Origin: an uncultured cyanobacterium
GTDB lineage: Bacteria > Cyanobacteriota > Cyanobacteriia > PCC-9006 > JAAUQQ01
DNA length: 64,000 nucleotides
NCBI GenBank assembly: GCA_963718615.1
Contig: OY970368.1
Span: forward strand, 4,672,001 to 4,736,000
Direction: 5' to 3'
Positions 50,749 to 63,200 of the stretch are shown piece by piece. The notes beneath the pieces were generated by a model. That model was given only the letters and a program-made list of their open reading frames with translations, had not been told where the DNA came from and made no database searches. The position numbers were made by a program, and so were the translations under genes. Positions within the stretch are counted from its first letter, which is position 1, and every line of letters starts with the position of its first letter.

Positions 50749-53700
50749 TTAGAGGGTAAAATGATTGGCATGAATCGTAAAGGCATTGACATTTAGCAGT
50801 ATCGCAACTTGCTGCAAGCTGCCGCCCACCTCTGCCTGAATAATCGTATTTAATCCCAATTGTTGAGCCTGAATTATTGTTCCAAAAGTGGAATTGCCAT
50901 GATAGATCGCATTGAGATCTAGGCGATCGAAGAGAATTTCAAAATCCAAAATCGTATCGCCATAGTCTTGTGTTGATTCGTAGAGGAAGCGATCGCTTCC
51001 CTGTCCACCCATCAAGATATCGCTACCCAATCCCCCAACTAATAAATCATCACCATTGCCTGCCTGCAGAATGTCATTACCACTGCCACCGTAGAGACTA
51101 TCATTGCCGCTGTTGCCATTTAAAATATCATTGTCATTGCCGCCATCAATCCAGTCATCACCACTGCCCCCCGTAATCAGATCTTTGCCATCTTCCCCTA
51201 GAATGCGATCGTTTCCACTCCCCCCGTTAACCACATCATCTCCGGCTCCAGCCCGAATTTGATCAACTCCGCTTCCCCCATTGTTAATATCATCGCCATT
51301 GCCCCCAGCAATTTCGTCTGCTTCACTTCCTCCATTGATAATGTCGTTGCCATGACCACCATCAAGCAAATCGTTATCGCTCAGGCCACTGAGTATATCA
51401 TTGCCCTCGGTTCCCGTAATGACATCAGCACCACCGCCTGTGGGGCCGGAAGGAGGTTGGGGAGGATTGGGCTCAATTTGAATCGTGACCGTTGCAATTT
51501 TGCCGTTCACCCAATAGGTCAGCGTATCGGTCCCTATGAAATTCGAATTAGGGATGTATTCAAGCTGATTATTTTGATTGATTGAAACGCTGCCATGGGT
51601 CGGCGCGAGTTGAATTGAAAGGGGGCCTTCTAAGGGATCATTGGCCAGAACATCAATGATTGTTTTGGGAGAATTGGCCTTAAGCTTTGCAGTGTCGTCT
51701 TGGGGAAAAGCATCGACTGTCAAAGTGCTAATAGCCGTATTACTATTAGCTGTTCCGTCATTGAGCTTTAGGGTAAAGATGCGATCGCCTAAGGTTGGTT
51801 TTGAGGCAGTGTTACTGTAGGTAAGCGATCGCAAGAGTTCATCTACATCGGCTTGTGATAAATCACCACCACCACTTTTGGTAATCGTGATCGTTGAGCC
51901 ACTATCGATCATCGAAACAGAAAAGCTGGTAGAGCGATTGGGAACCGTTACGCTTTGACTACTGTTTGTATTCAGGGGCAACTCAAGGTTGCCAATCTTG
52001 AGGATTTCATGAGGACCATTTGCCAGGCCAGAGACCGCTATTGTGATGGTTTCAATATCATCGCCGCTGGGATCTGAGCCGGTCGCTCGAAGCGGGTCAG
52101 CGATCGTTGCCGCCGCTCCCCCCGCAACGAAGGTGCTGCTGTAGTCAACGCCAGACTGACCCTCGTTGCCATTTCCATTGAGGTCAAGGATAGGTGGCTC
52201 GTTGGCATCGGGAATGCCGTTGCCATTGCCATCCTTTTGAAACGTGACAGTGAAAGTTTTGATGCCGGATGATTTTGTATCAGTTTCTTGAGGGCTATTA
52301 AAGAGCTGATCTCCATCTAAATCTGTTTGATCCAGACTTATACCCTCTAGTTCTAAACTCAATAAACCGACAAATTCTGGAGGAGGAACCAGGATTAAGC
52401 CTGCCAAGTCTTCGGGGGTAAAGATCCAAGTATTACTGCCTTGCTTACTGCCAATTGATGTTGAATCCTTGGTAAAGGTAAAGCCATCCGGCACATTGCG
52501 AATTGTATAGATTAGGGTTTCTGAACCATCTGTATCCGCAGGGGTACTGCCCGTGAGCGATAGGGCAATCGGCTGGTTTTGAATGCCTGTTGCGCTGATT
52601 GCTGTCACGCTGGGTATTTCGGCGATGGGTAGCACTGTGACTGTGACCGTAGCAGGCTTACCGTTAACGCTATAGGTGAGACTATCTACGCCACTAAAGT
52701 GAGGATTAGGTTGATATTCAATCTCGTTATTATTGTTGACGAGAGCCGTGCCTTGGGAAGGTTCGGATTGGATAGAAACAGAGCCATTGAGTGGATCGTT
52801 AACTAATACATTGATGACGGTACTGCTTGCATTTTCTTGAACGGTAATCGTATCGTCTTGGGGAAACGCATCGACGGTGATGGTGCTAACAGCGAGGTTA
52901 CTGTCGGCTGTTCCGTCGTTGAGTTTGATTAAAAATGTGCGATCGCCCAAGGTTGGCGTAGATGCCGTATTTTTATAGGAGAGCGATCGCAGAACCGCTT
53001 CAACTTCGGATTGGCTCAGATCGCCACTGCCATCTTTGGTTATTGTAACTTTCGTTCCATTGTCTGTAATCGCAATAGAAAAAGTTGTCCCGCTATTTGG
53101 TAGTACAAAACTTTGACTGGTGTCAGCATTGAGTGGAAACTCAAGATTAGCAATCTCGAAAACTTCATTGGCTCCATCGGTAAGGTTGGTGATGGCGATC
53201 GTAATTTTTTCAATATCGGGTTCGTTAAAATCGCTGCCTGTTGCGTTCGTTGGACTGGCGATCGCAATAGCGCTGCCGCCCGCAGTAAAGGTTGTAGAAT
53301 ACCCATCTCCAGAATTAGCTGAGCCATTTAAATCTAGAACTGGCGCAACGTTATCAACTCCATTAATCGTAATGGTAACGGTCGCATCATCGGTGCCACC
53401 TCTGCCATCGGATACGGTATAAATAAAGCTATCTTTTGCGGTTTGACCACTGGTCAAACCATTAAACTTGCCATTGGGATCATAACTATAAGAACCATTC
53501 GCATTGACCGTGAGCAACGCTCCTGATGACAACGTTATTTGCTGGCCAACTGCCGTAATCTGACCATTGACGGCTGCAACCGTGAGGGGATCTCCGTCAG
53601 GATCAAAGTCGTTCGCTAAAATGCCTGCGGCATTGACATTGAGCACAACATTTTCATTGGTAAGGCCCGTATCTCCGCCCGTCGTGATTAAATTGGTAAA

Positions 53701-54861
53701 GTTAAATTGTCGATTGCCATCAAAGATAAAACCTGATTGCTGAAATTCAGCAGTCAATAGGATTTCAAAAGAAGTCTTATATTCATAGTTAATTTGAAGT
53801 GCAAACTCAGGATCATTATCGTTTCCAGGGTTTTGAGAATTGTTCGGATCGTTATTTGCTGTTGAGGTAAAAACCAATTGGCCGTTGGACGGAGAGAGGA
53901 GCAGTTTAGTGGGCGCATTTATACCGTAGGTTGATACCTCGGACTGCGATACCGTGACAGAGCCAGAAAGACTACTATCTCTTTTGTCTAAATCTTTTAT
54001 AGTAAAACTAGAAGAAATCGGAACTGAAGTTGTTGTACCAGCCTCAAAAAATTCAAACTTTAGTTTGGCTGTGGTAACCCCAGAGATTGCTGAGTTCGAA
54101 AAGTTAAATTTGGCATCATCGCCAGCAACTGTAAAACTTGTTGTTCCCGTATCTGTTGTTTCGATCAGCGTCAGGCGAACATCTACGACGGTTCCATCTT
54201 TTGTAATACCGGCATTCTTGTAGAGGGCAACTGTTCCGGCTTTACCCATTTGACCATTGCCACCGGGATGACTCAGTGTGGGTGAGGAGAAGCTGAGATT
54301 AATCGCGTTAAATGTACTCGCATTACTGGCATCTGGAGCGATCGGTCCTGTATTTGTGGGCAGGACATGGGGATAGGCAATAATTTCTTCTTTGACAAAA
54401 GCAAACTCTTCTAGGGGATTGCCCAGATGAGTGTCTAACGTCCAATTGCCTCCTAGCTCTCCAGAACCGATTAGCGTACTAGAAGCAGAAAGACTAGCTC
54501 CGGTTAACTGATGGAGTTTTTCTAGAAACTCTGCACCGGCGTCACCGACAGCCACTCGACAGCCATATATCGAAATTGAGCTGATGGACCAACTTTCTAA
54601 TACTGCTTCGTAGAAAGCAAGCGTTTCCAAATTGAGCTGACTTTTGCCTAATAGGAGAGATCCGGGTGAGCCATGGGAAATAATATAGATATGGGGTTTT
54701 GACTCAGGCGATCGCGCCTTCAAAATCTCAGTGATTTGGAAAACACCATCGTCTTCACCCTTGAGAACATGAACCTCTATATTCGGTTTGATGGCATACA
54801 GCAGTAGCTCATACTGCTCTACTGTCGAATCAAGAAAAGCAATTGATGTTTGGATAGGCAT
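50749..54861 (-). CDS. Large secreted adhesin-like protein: DUF4347 + Ig/cadherin-like repeats + RTX Ca-binding tail
   Basis: IISHGSPG.L.LG, YGC.VA; ILANDFDPDGDPL; two PxLDLNG repeats; GGxGxDxLx nonamers. Confidence 0.9.
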   Translation of the reverse strand: MPIQTSIAFLDSTVEQYELLLYAIKPNIEVHVLKGEDDGVFQITEILKARSPESKPHIYIISHGSPGSLLLGKSQLNLETLAFYEAVLESWSISSISIYGCRVAVGDAGAEFLEKLHQLTGASLSASSTLIGSGELGGNWTLDTHLGNPLEEFAFVKEEIIAYPHVLPTNTGPIAPDASNASTFNAINLSFSSPTLSHPGGNGQMGKAGTVALYKNAGITKDGTVVDVRLTLIETTDTGTTSFTVAGDDAKFNFSNSAISGVTTAKLKFEFFEAGTTTSVPISSSFTIKDLDKRDSSLSGSVTVSQSEVSTYGINAPTKLLLSPSNGQLVFTSTANNDPNNSQNPGNDNDPEFALQINYEYKTSFEILLTAEFQQSGFIFDGNRQFNFTNLITTGGDTGLTNENVVLNVNAAGILANDFDPDGDPLTVAAVNGQITAVGQQITLSSGALLTVNANGSYSYDPNGKFNGLTSGQTAKDSFIYTVSDGRGGTDDATVTITINGVDNVAPVLDLNGSANSGDGYSTTFTAGGSAIAIASPTNATGSDFNEPDIEKITIAITNLTDGANEVFEIANLEFPLNADTSQSFVLPNSGTTFSIAITDNGTKVTITKDGSGDLSQSEVEAVLRSLSYKNTASTPTLGDRTFLIKLNDGTADSNLAVSTITVDAFPQDDTITVQENASSTVINVLVNDPLNGSVSIQSEPSQGTALVNNNNEIEYQPNPHFSGVDSLTYSVNGKPATVTVTVLPIAEIPSVTAISATGIQNQPIALSLTGSTPADTDGSETLIYTIRNVPDGFTFTKDSTSIGSKQGSNTWIFTPEDLAGLILVPPPEFVGLLSLELEGISLDQTDLDGDQLFNSPQETDTKSSGIKTFTVTFQKDGNGNGIPDANEPPILDLNGNGNEGQSGVDYSSTFVAGGAAATIADPLRATGSDPSGDDIETITIAVSGLANGPHEILKIGNLELPLNTNSSQSVTVPNRSTSFSVSMIDSGSTITITKSGGGDLSQADVDELLRSLTYSNTASKPTLGDRIFTLKLNDGTANSNTAISTLTVDAFPQDDTAKLKANSPKTIIDVLANDPLEGPLSIQLAPTHGSVSINQNNQLEYIPNSNFIGTDTLTYWVNGKIATVTIQIEPNPPQPPSGPTGGGADVITGTEGNDILSGLSDNDLLDGGHGNDIINGGSEADEIAGGNGDDINNGGSGVDQIRAGAGDDVVNGGSGNDRILGEDGKDLITGGSGDDWIDGGNDNDILNGNSGNDSLYGGSGNDILQAGNGDDLLVGGLGSDILMGGQGSDRFLYESTQDYGDTILDFEILFDRLDLNAIYHGNSTFGTIIQAQQLGLNTIIQAEVGGSLQQVAILLNVNAFTIHANHFTL

Positions 54862-55299
54862 GCTAGATAGACCTCGACAATACACCCCAAACCGAATGCA
54901 GACCTAGAGGGGTGCATCATCCGCGAGGTCTGTAGGAAGCAACGGAGAATTACTGTAAAATTTCCGCTATCCAGCCTCAGTATTACCAATCTTCACTGGC
55001 GTCTTAACACGGAAAACACGTATTTTCTAGCCTTTTTGATTTTCGTCATGGGTCTTCCTTCAACCTGTAATCCTTGGGAGACACTGCACTAAATAAAAGC
55101 AAATTGTGAATGATAAACGTATTTTCAAGGATGACGACAGACAATTGCTTTAAAGCCCTAGGATCGTCCTTTGGTAGATTCTATTGGACGATCGCAAAAT
55201 CACCAGCCAAAGACTCAAGTTTTTCTGCAAGATTACAGAGTTATCACCATCGGTAAATACTGAAAACAAGACTAATATCACCACGAAAAAGATATCGAC

Positions 55300-55974
55300 T
55301 CAAATATGAATTTGGCTCAGAATAAGCCGAAGGCGGTCATAATCATCTTTTAATAAAACCGTGAGCGATCGCCCCGCCTGTACCAACCACTCCCGATCAG
55401 CCTTACGTAGCTGATACACCTCTCGCATCGTCGCTGCCAACAGGCTGTCATTGGGAGCCCCTTGAACCTGTAAAAGGGTTCGCAAAAAATCTAGCTTCTC
55501 TGTAAAGGCGAGGACTTCATGGGGCGTACACCGATACACCGCCTGATGAACCTGGGGCGGACGGGGGGGTAAATATTGGTAAAAGTCTCTGGCCTGAAAG
55601 GGTGACGCAGCGCCTCGGGCCTCCTGGGTTGGAACGTGGAATCCAACGATAACCGCCCGAAACTCCGTCTGGAGCATCGCAAAGATCTGAGGCTGCTCTT
55701 CGCGCAAATCCGCCATGCTCATACCCAGCGCCCGCGCCCGATGCACTGAATCGACGGGAGAAGTAGTTGCGTGATAAACTACTCCATAAACTTGATTGCC
55801 GGAGGCTTCATCGAGCGATCGCACCCAGCTGCCAAAGGGCGGCATGACCGGAAAGCTCAGATCCTCCGGCTCCAAACATTGAGCCAAAAACTCGGTCGTT
55901 GAGGTTTCAACCACTTCGGCAAAATGACTGGGGTCGCGATCGCGACCCGTAAACTGAGGTAACGGCAAGCGCAT
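55300..55974 (-). CDS. HAS-barrel domain protein
   Basis: PPFGSWV, HRARALG, QPQIFAML, QYLPPRPPQVH. Confidence 0.8.
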   Translation of the reverse strand: MRLPLPQFTGRDRDPSHFAEVVETSTTEFLAQCLEPEDLSFPVMPPFGSWVRSLDEASGNQVYGVVYHATTSPVDSVHRARALGMSMADLREEQPQIFAMLQTEFRAVIVGFHVPTQEARGAASPFQARDFYQYLPPRPPQVHQAVYRCTPHEVLAFTEKLDFLRTLLQVQGAPNDSLLAATMREVYQLRKADREWLVQAGRSLTVLLKDDYDRLRLILSQIHI

Positions 55975-55975
55975 C

Positions 55976-56146
55976 CTACTTCACCGCTTCCAACTCCGAG
56001 AGTCGGAACGTCACCAGCTTATCCCAGTTGCCCCCTTCAAACAGGACAGCCGCTTTGCCATCGCTGACGCGCTGGACATAGCCTTGAAAATTGTAGTAGG
56101 TGTCGTCAACATTGATGACGCGCACCGCTTGGCCCGGAAGAATCAT
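55976..56146 (-). CDS. ndhS: NDH-1 subunit S
   Basis: [30 protein letters not shown]. Confidence 0.95.
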   Translation of the reverse strand: MILPGQAVRVINVDDTYYNFQGYVQRVSDGKAAVLFEGGNWDKLVTFRLSELEAVK

Positions 56147-56204
56147 TAGGTACCTCACGCTGATCCAGCATAGAACTCCATGCTTTCTAGCTTAACGAGT
56201 TTGG

Positions 56205-59200
56205 TCACGATTCTTCCGCCTCTTTGCTGACGGTTAGGAGAACTTCTCCCTTCAGCAGGCGATCGGCAGCTTCCAATAGACTTTCTTCCAGGTAGGGCTT
56301 CGTGAAATACCCCCGAGCCCCATACTGGGCCGCGAGACGACGGTGGCGATCGGCTCCCCGCGAAGTCAGCATGGCAATGGGCAAGGTCTTGAGATATTCG
56401 TCCTTTTGCAGCCGTTCCAGCAACTCCAGGCCTGTCATGCGCGGCATCTCAATGTCACAGAAGACCAAATTACAGGGCAAGCCCGAACGCAGTTTTTCCC
56501 AGGCTTCCTGGCCATCCCGTGCCTGCTCGACCCGATAGCCCGCCTTGGCAAAGCTCATGGAGAGCAGCTCTCGCACCGTAATCGAGTCATCCACGATCAG
56601 CACAAGCGGGTCGCTCGCCGGGGTTGCTGTTGGTTCTTCAAAGGCATCTTCCATTTCCCACAGGGATTGAGCTCCTTGACGAGTCCGTCCCTTTGCCAAG
56701 TCAATCAGCTCCAGAACATCCGCGATCGGCATCACCTGACCATCCGCCAAAACAGTTGCTCCAGCAATCCCTACTGGTTTAGGCACAGGACCTTCTAGCT
56801 GTTTAATGACAATATCGCGTTCACCATCCACTCGGTCCACATGCACCGCCAGATACTCACCCGCACTGCGCAAAATCACAAGCGCCATCATGTCTTCGTC
56901 CAGCGTCCCCGCATAGACGGAACTACGGCTGAGGGTGCGGTTATACTTGAGTAAATCGGAGAGCGCACGCACCGGCAGCATCATGTCGCGCCACTGAATA
57001 CAGGCTTGTCCTTCTTCGTTGGAGAGCAACTGCTCCTTGGGAATATCGAACATGTCTTCGACCCCGTCGAGGGGGAAGGCAATTCGAGCCCGGTTGCTAA
57101 TGCAGCTCAAGGCTTTGGTAATACTCAGCGTCAGCGGCAACCGGATCGTAAAGGTCGTCCCTTCGCCAATGGTGGAGTCAATGATAACGGTCCCTCGCAG
57201 CTCCTGTAGGCGGGTCCGAACCACATCCATACCCACTCCTCGTCCAGCAAAGGCATCCGCCTGATCTCGGGTGGAGAAGCCTGCATGGAAAAGAAAATCG
57301 TAAAGCTGGGAGACGCCTAGATTATCCGCTTCTTCTGGACGGAGGAGTCCTTTTTCAATGGCCTTGCGCTTAATCACCTCCGGATCAATCCCTGCGCCAT
57401 CATCCGAAATCGAAATCACCGTTTGGTTCCCCTGGTAGAACGCATGTAAACGAATTTGTCCTTCAGGGGATTTGCCGGAAAGAATGCGCTCCTCGGGCGT
57501 TTCAATGCCGTGAGTCACGGCGTTGTTGATCAGGTGGGTTAGGGGATCGTGAAGTTGCTCAACCAACATTTTGTCGACCAACGTTTCCCGCCCATCCACC
57601 AGCAAATTGGCTTCTTTACCGCATTTCCGGGCAATGTCGCGGACTGCCCGAGGCAGGCGATCAGCGGTTTGTGAGAAGGGTACCATGCGAGCACGGTTGA
57701 CCTGCTCTTGGAGTTGGGTGGTCGTTTGACGGAAGTTGCGAGCCACCTGATCTAAGGACTCGTTAATCAGAAAATCAATGTCATCTGTCGATTCCTTAAT
57801 CCGAACAATCAGTTCAATAATGTCTTGAGAAAGGGTATGAAACGCGCTAAAACGGTCGAGTTCCAGATCGTCGAGCTCGTCAACCTGACTCCCGCTGCCC
57901 GAGCTGCCCGAATCTCCCGAACGGTTACTGCTGCTCTGTCCACCGCCGAGGAACGCGTTCAAAGGACTCGCCCCCATGACTTTCCGCCGACTGTTGAGCA
58001 GGGCGTTTTCGAGGAGCGATCGCTCATACTGATCTTGTAGCCGCTGGCCCACATCACTTAATTGCTGGGTATGGCCACCGAGCTTATCTAGGGCTTGGCG
58101 CAGACGGTCCTGATCGCCTTCGAGGGAGTTCCGGGTCACGACCATTTCCCCCACGAGGTTGCTGAGGGTATCGAGGGTCTTGATCGGTACCCGCATGCTC
58201 TGCTCAACCAGGCGCTGGGTGCGGGTGCGACTTTTAGACGGCATGGATACACCGACACCCGCTGAGGGAGAGGCTGTCTGCCCACCAATGGATTTGGCTT
58301 GCTGAAGCAGTTGCTCCATGTCGGCAAAGTCTGAATCTTCATCGGCGATCGCCAACGGCGTCGAGACTACGGGTGTGGCCACCTCACCCAGCAGACTATC
58401 AAGGTCATCAAAATCGCTGTCTGTCCCGACTTCGGCGGAAATATCATTGAGTAAGGAATCTAGATCGCCAAATCCATCGTCACGGGTCACCTCCGAACGG
58501 GTCACCTCCGATTGAGGGCCAATCGCTTCAGGACCAGCCGCTTCAACCTCGACAATTTCAGGACTGGCTTCATCCTCCTGGGCTAAGTCCTCTTCAAAAC
58601 CCAGGATAGAGTCCAATTCACTCAGGTCTGCGGCCTCAGCGGTCGGTGAACTGATAGGGGCGATCGCCTCTGCCAACACCATGGCATCTTCGGTTGCAGC
58701 CAATTGCGCCGCGTTTCCACTCTCCGCAAAGGTCAAGGTATCGTCAAAGGAAAGCGAATCATCGAAGGAAAGCGAATCATCAAGCGAGGAATCCAGTTCT
58801 GGAAATTCCGCCTCACCCATCTCTGCTTCTACTTCTACCTCTGCCTCTGCCTCTGCCTCTGGGGGGGCAGGTATAGAGTCGTCTGCGGTAGAGTCGTCTG
58901 GGATGTCTAATGCAGAGTCTAAGGAACCAAAGAGATCGGCGATCGCATCCTCGGACTCTAGCTCAGCAAACAAAGAATCCGCTGCTCCCTCATCCAAACT
59001 AGTGCTCGCAGAACTTAGCTCCACTTCAGGTTCTGCCTCAGAAGTCGGCTCAGATTCCGCTTCAAGGGAATCGAACAAATCCTCCAAATCTGCCAGCGCA
59101 GTATCGGCAGAATTCTCTGCTGATAAGGGTGCCGATGGGAGGGCTGACAAGGATTCAGGGGGTGATGCTGGCATCGCAAAGTCGTCCCAATCTGAATTCT

Positions 59201-60146
59201 GGAACAGCGATTCCGCTTCTAGGTCGAGTGCCGCTCCTTCAAAATCGTCCAGATCGTTGAGGTCGAAGCTATCGGTTTCGGGGGAACCCAGCAGTTCATC
59301 GCCAAACAGATCGGCCAAGGCCGATGCGGCATCTTCGTCAGGCAAGGGCTCATCCAGGGAAGCCGCTGGCGCTTGCGAGGTTGATGCGATCGCCGCACCC
59401 GAGTTTGTTTTCCCAAAAAACTCGTCTTTCTCCAGGGGATTTTCACCAAACAGATCGGCTAATTCCTCCAATCCCTCAATGGGCATTTCATCTGCCCCCC
59501 CCAGTGCCCCCGTCAGCCAAGCTGCTGAATCGCTGCCATCGCCATTCAGGTCCGATAAATCTGACAAATCCCCGAGCTCGTCCCAGGACAAATCGTCCTC
59601 CAAATCGCTGACAAAGCTATCGGTCAAATTTGCAGTCTCCTCCCCAGGGAGCCCAACAGGTTGGCGCTGGCGCTCTAGCTCCGCCAATACCGGCAGAGGA
59701 GCAGAAGCCCCAGGGGCAACCCCAGTTTCCATTTGCGCTTGGAGCACTGTATCCAGGGCATCAAAATTGGGCTCCATCTCCGCCCAGATCGCCGCACTCT
59801 TGGCTTCATCCAGCGCCGAGGTTTCCCGCACTTCTTCCATGAGCTGCTGAAGCGCTTCAACCCCCTTGAGCAGGTGCGCTTCCATCGCGGCATCCGGCTG
59901 AACGGGATGGCCCTTGATAAACTTCAGGCTACTCTCCAGACGGTAAGCCACCTTTTGAATACCGTGGAGCTCTAACATCGCTGCCCCCCCCTTAATCGAG
60001 TGGGCTGCACGATAAAGCTCATTGATGCGTTCTGGGTCCGCCAAAGCTTCATCCAAAGCCTGGACACCAGGCTCTAGGAGCTCAAGATATTCCTGGCTTT
60101 CTTCCAAGAAGAACCCAATAATTCGCTGCCGCTGTTCTGGATCCAT
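56205..60146 (-). CDS. CheA-like hybrid kinase (Hpt-acidic linker-HATPase-CheW-REC), PilL-type
   Basis: RAAHSIKG, HLINNAVTHGIE, GRGVGMDVV, VDDSITVR. Confidence 0.93.
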   Translation of the reverse strand: MDPEQRQRIIGFFLEESQEYLELLEPGVQALDEALADPERINELYRAAHSIKGGAAMLELHGIQKVAYRLESSLKFIKGHPVQPDAAMEAHLLKGVEALQQLMEEVRETSALDEAKSAAIWAEMEPNFDALDTVLQAQMETGVAPGASAPLPVLAELERQRQPVGLPGEETANLTDSFVSDLEDDLSWDELGDLSDLSDLNGDGSDSAAWLTGALGGADEMPIEGLEELADLFGENPLEKDEFFGKTNSGAAIASTSQAPAASLDEPLPDEDAASALADLFGDELLGSPETDSFDLNDLDDFEGAALDLEAESLFQNSDWDDFAMPASPPESLSALPSAPLSAENSADTALADLEDLFDSLEAESEPTSEAEPEVELSSASTSLDEGAADSLFAELESEDAIADLFGSLDSALDIPDDSTADDSIPAPPEAEAEAEVEVEAEMGEAEFPELDSSLDDSLSFDDSLSFDDTLTFAESGNAAQLAATEDAMVLAEAIAPISSPTAEAADLSELDSILGFEEDLAQEDEASPEIVEVEAAGPEAIGPQSEVTRSEVTRDDGFGDLDSLLNDISAEVGTDSDFDDLDSLLGEVATPVVSTPLAIADEDSDFADMEQLLQQAKSIGGQTASPSAGVGVSMPSKSRTRTQRLVEQSMRVPIKTLDTLSNLVGEMVVTRNSLEGDQDRLRQALDKLGGHTQQLSDVGQRLQDQYERSLLENALLNSRRKVMGASPLNAFLGGGQSSSNRSGDSGSSGSGSQVDELDDLELDRFSAFHTLSQDIIELIVRIKESTDDIDFLINESLDQVARNFRQTTTQLQEQVNRARMVPFSQTADRLPRAVRDIARKCGKEANLLVDGRETLVDKMLVEQLHDPLTHLINNAVTHGIETPEERILSGKSPEGQIRLHAFYQGNQTVISISDDGAGIDPEVIKRKAIEKGLLRPEEADNLGVSQLYDFLFHAGFSTRDQADAFAGRGVGMDVVRTRLQELRGTVIIDSTIGEGTTFTIRLPLTLSITKALSCISNRARIAFPLDGVEDMFDIPKEQLLSNEEGQACIQWRDMMLPVRALSDLLKYNRTLSRSSVYAGTLDEDMMALVILRSAGEYLAVHVDRVDGERDIVIKQLEGPVPKPVGIAGATVLADGQVMPIADVLELIDLAKGRTRQGAQSLWEMEDAFEEPTATPASDPLVLIVDDSITVRELLSMSFAKAGYRVEQARDGQEAWEKLRSGLPCNLVFCDIEMPRMTGLELLERLQKDEYLKTLPIAMLTSRGADRHRRLAAQYGARGYFTKPYLEESLLEAADRLLKGEVLLTVSKEAEES

Positions 60147-60231
60147 TGCAGTATGCCAACCTATCTGGACTGCGGGGCAGAGGCCGTTTTACCACGACCC
60201 CAACAATAATCTGGACGGAAACGCTTCGAGT

Positions 60232-63200
60232 CTAGCCCTCTTCAGAGCTTTCGACCCGGAATCGTTCCACCGACGTTTGCAGATCGCTGGCAACGCCCAC
60301 CAGGTTTTGGAGCGATCGCGACACCCGCTGAGCCTCCTGGGAGGTCTCTTGGGCCGTCAGTTCGACGGATTGCATCACCTGGGCTACTTGGCGGGAAGTT
60401 TCCGTTTGTTCCACCGTATCGGCGGTAATCGAACGCACAAGCTGGTCGATGCGATTGGACACCTGGATGATGTCGTCGAGCGATCGCTTCGCCTGTTCCG
60501 CCAGTTTAGTCCCCGTAATCACCTGCTGGGTGCCTTCTTCCATAGCCACCATCACGGAGCTGGTCTCACCCTGAATTTGCAGCACGATCTGTTCAATCTC
60601 TTTCGAAGATTTAGCGGCTCGATCCGCAAGTTGTCGCACTTCATCGGCCACGATCGCAAATCCGCGACCCGCATCCCCCGCCCGAGCCGCCTCAATACTA
60701 GCGTTGAGCGCCAATAGATTCGTTCGAGACGCAATCTGGGAAATTAAGGCCACAATCTTCGAAATTTCCTGGGAGGATTCCGCCAGACGCTTCACCTTCC
60801 GCGTGGTTTCCGCCACGGTTTCTCGAATTTGCAGAATCCCCGCCACGGTTTTCTCCACCGCTTCGCCGCCTTTAAGCGCGGTCACCGACGCCGTCCGGGC
60901 CACTTCTTCCGCCTCGCGGGCGCTATCGGCCACCCGCTGAATCGAATCGGTCATCACCTGTACAGAATTCAGCGTCACGGCTAATTCTTCCGCCTGACGC
61001 AGTGCATCGGAAGACAAACTGCGGGCAAAGGTTTCATTCTCCGAGGCCGCCTTGTTCACCTGGGTCGCCGCTGTCTTCACCTGCAAGACAATTTCCCGCA
61101 GGTTCTGAATCGTCAAGTTGAACGAGTCCGCCACCGCGCCCAGCACGTCAGCTGTGACTTCAGCCTGGACCGTCAAATCCCCTCGGGCCGCCCCTTCCAC
61201 ATCGTCCAGCAAACGAATCACCTGGCGCTGCAAGTCTTCCTTCTGCTGTTCCTGCTCCTCGGCCTTGCGCTGGGCGTCCTTGGTGGTTGCCAAAATCACG
61301 CGGGACATTTGGTTGAACCCCGCCGCCAATTGACCCAGCTCATCTTCAGAATAAATCGTGGCCTGAGCGTTGAAATTACCTTGGACAATCTTCGAAAACT
61401 GGGCTTGCAAATCTTCCGTCGTCCGGCGAATCTGTCGCCGCATCAGCTCACCCATGATCCCTGCCCCCGCCATGCCCGCTACCCCACCGGCCAGGGCCAA
61501 AACCAACGGTGCAGGAGAGGATTGAACCTCTGGAGCTGGGTTCGCCACCTTGTTGTACAGCACATTGGAGCCGACGACCCCCAGCGCTGCCGCTAGCCCC
61601 GCTGTGGCAGCAATGACGGTCCGTTTTGTCGTCAGCGAAGCATTTTCCAGGGGGGCTAAAATTCCCTGCTCCACCGCAACGGTGGGTTCTACCTCAGCAA
61701 TTTCGGATTGGGTAAAGGAGGGCAAGTTATCTGTCCCCCAGACCGATTCTGCGGTGCCCACTTCCTCTGCACTGATGCCAAAGCTGCTGAGGTCGCTGCC
61801 ATCGCTCATTTCGCCTGTGGGCAAATCAAACCCAGAGGTAGGAATCGGGCTGGTAAAACCAATCGAGTCCTCCGCTAGGTCAAACTCAGACAGGCCGCCA
61901 AAATCATCAAAGGCATCAAATTCCTCGAGAAAATCCGCATTGCTGCGTCCACCTGTATCTCCCCCCGTCGAATCGGCATCCCCGGACGGCATTTCTCCAG
62001 GTAAATGAGAAATTGAAGGCAGATCACCGGCAAACGTATCAAATTCCCCTTGCCCCCCTAACCCAAAATCCGTTTCCGGATTGTCGTCATCCTCCAAACC
62101 TCCAAAGGCATCAAAGTTGTCAAAGGAGTCGTTCGCCAAGGAGTTGTTATCGTTGGGCGTCTCAAACGTCAGCACAGGCGCTGGCGACTCATCCTCAAAG
62201 GACATGGATTCAAAAAACGAAGCTGATTCCTCCTCCAAGGAAGGACTCGTGGGCTCTCCCGTAGATGAACGATAGTCTTCATCGTCTGGATCTGCGGCCA
62301 TCGCATAGGGCGTTGCGGCGGCGGTGATGGGTGCACCCGGCTCCATCAGCGGATTCTCGGCAAAACCTGCGGCAGTTCCAGTCAGGTCAAAATCCTCATC
62401 ATTCATAAAGAGAGTTGCTTCTGGTCGATCCCCTGGCGAGCCATCATCGAAGAAATCTGCCTCTGAGGTAAAGGCCGAGTCGAAGGCAAATTCGTCGGCG
62501 ACCTCCTCGCCCTGGGCTGGTACTGGATCCAAGTCGAAATTTAATTCGGAATCCTCAAAAGCGGGTTCAGCCAGACCATCCTCAGTCTCTGCACCAAAGA
62601 CATCGTTAGAGAAGTCATCATCAAGGTCCGCTCCCCCATCGCTGTCCGACAACGCCTCTTCATCCACCGCTGCAAAGCCATTGGGCGATTGAGCGCCAAA
62701 GGGATTGCCAGTGGAGAAGGGATTGTCTTCAACCAGGCCCAATGCTTCATCGCCCCCAAAGGGATTTTCTCCACTGCTATCCCCAAACGGATTGACGAAA
62801 TCCGCACCCATCCCGTCATCCATACCCATCCCGTCATTCGCTAAGCGGCTGCCTGTTGCGCCGACGCCCTGGGCGATCGCCTCTCCAGACCCCAAACTAA
62901 TCGGTTCCCCAGAGCCCAGGCTGATGACATCCTCGTCGGAGTCAAAGCCATCGGCATCAAAACCAATCTCATCCGGCTCATCAAAGCTAAAATCAAAGGC
63001 GTCATGGGAACCATTGTGGTTTTCCTCATCCCCTTGCGGTGAGCCCAGGTCCAGGGCGATCGCCTCCTGAGGGTCCGCCATGCCGCTAGATCGAGGGGAA
63101 TCAAGATCCGCAAAATTGAGCGAATCAAAGCTCAGGGCACTGACATCGGAATCCGCCCCAAACCCCGTACCACTATCCTCCAGGTCCATCTCAGGAGACC

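Noticed and set aside
58681-59850. 389-aa Ser-rich antisense ORF (likewise 39068-40051 and 7363-8013)
   Set aside because: Shadow frames of well-supported genes
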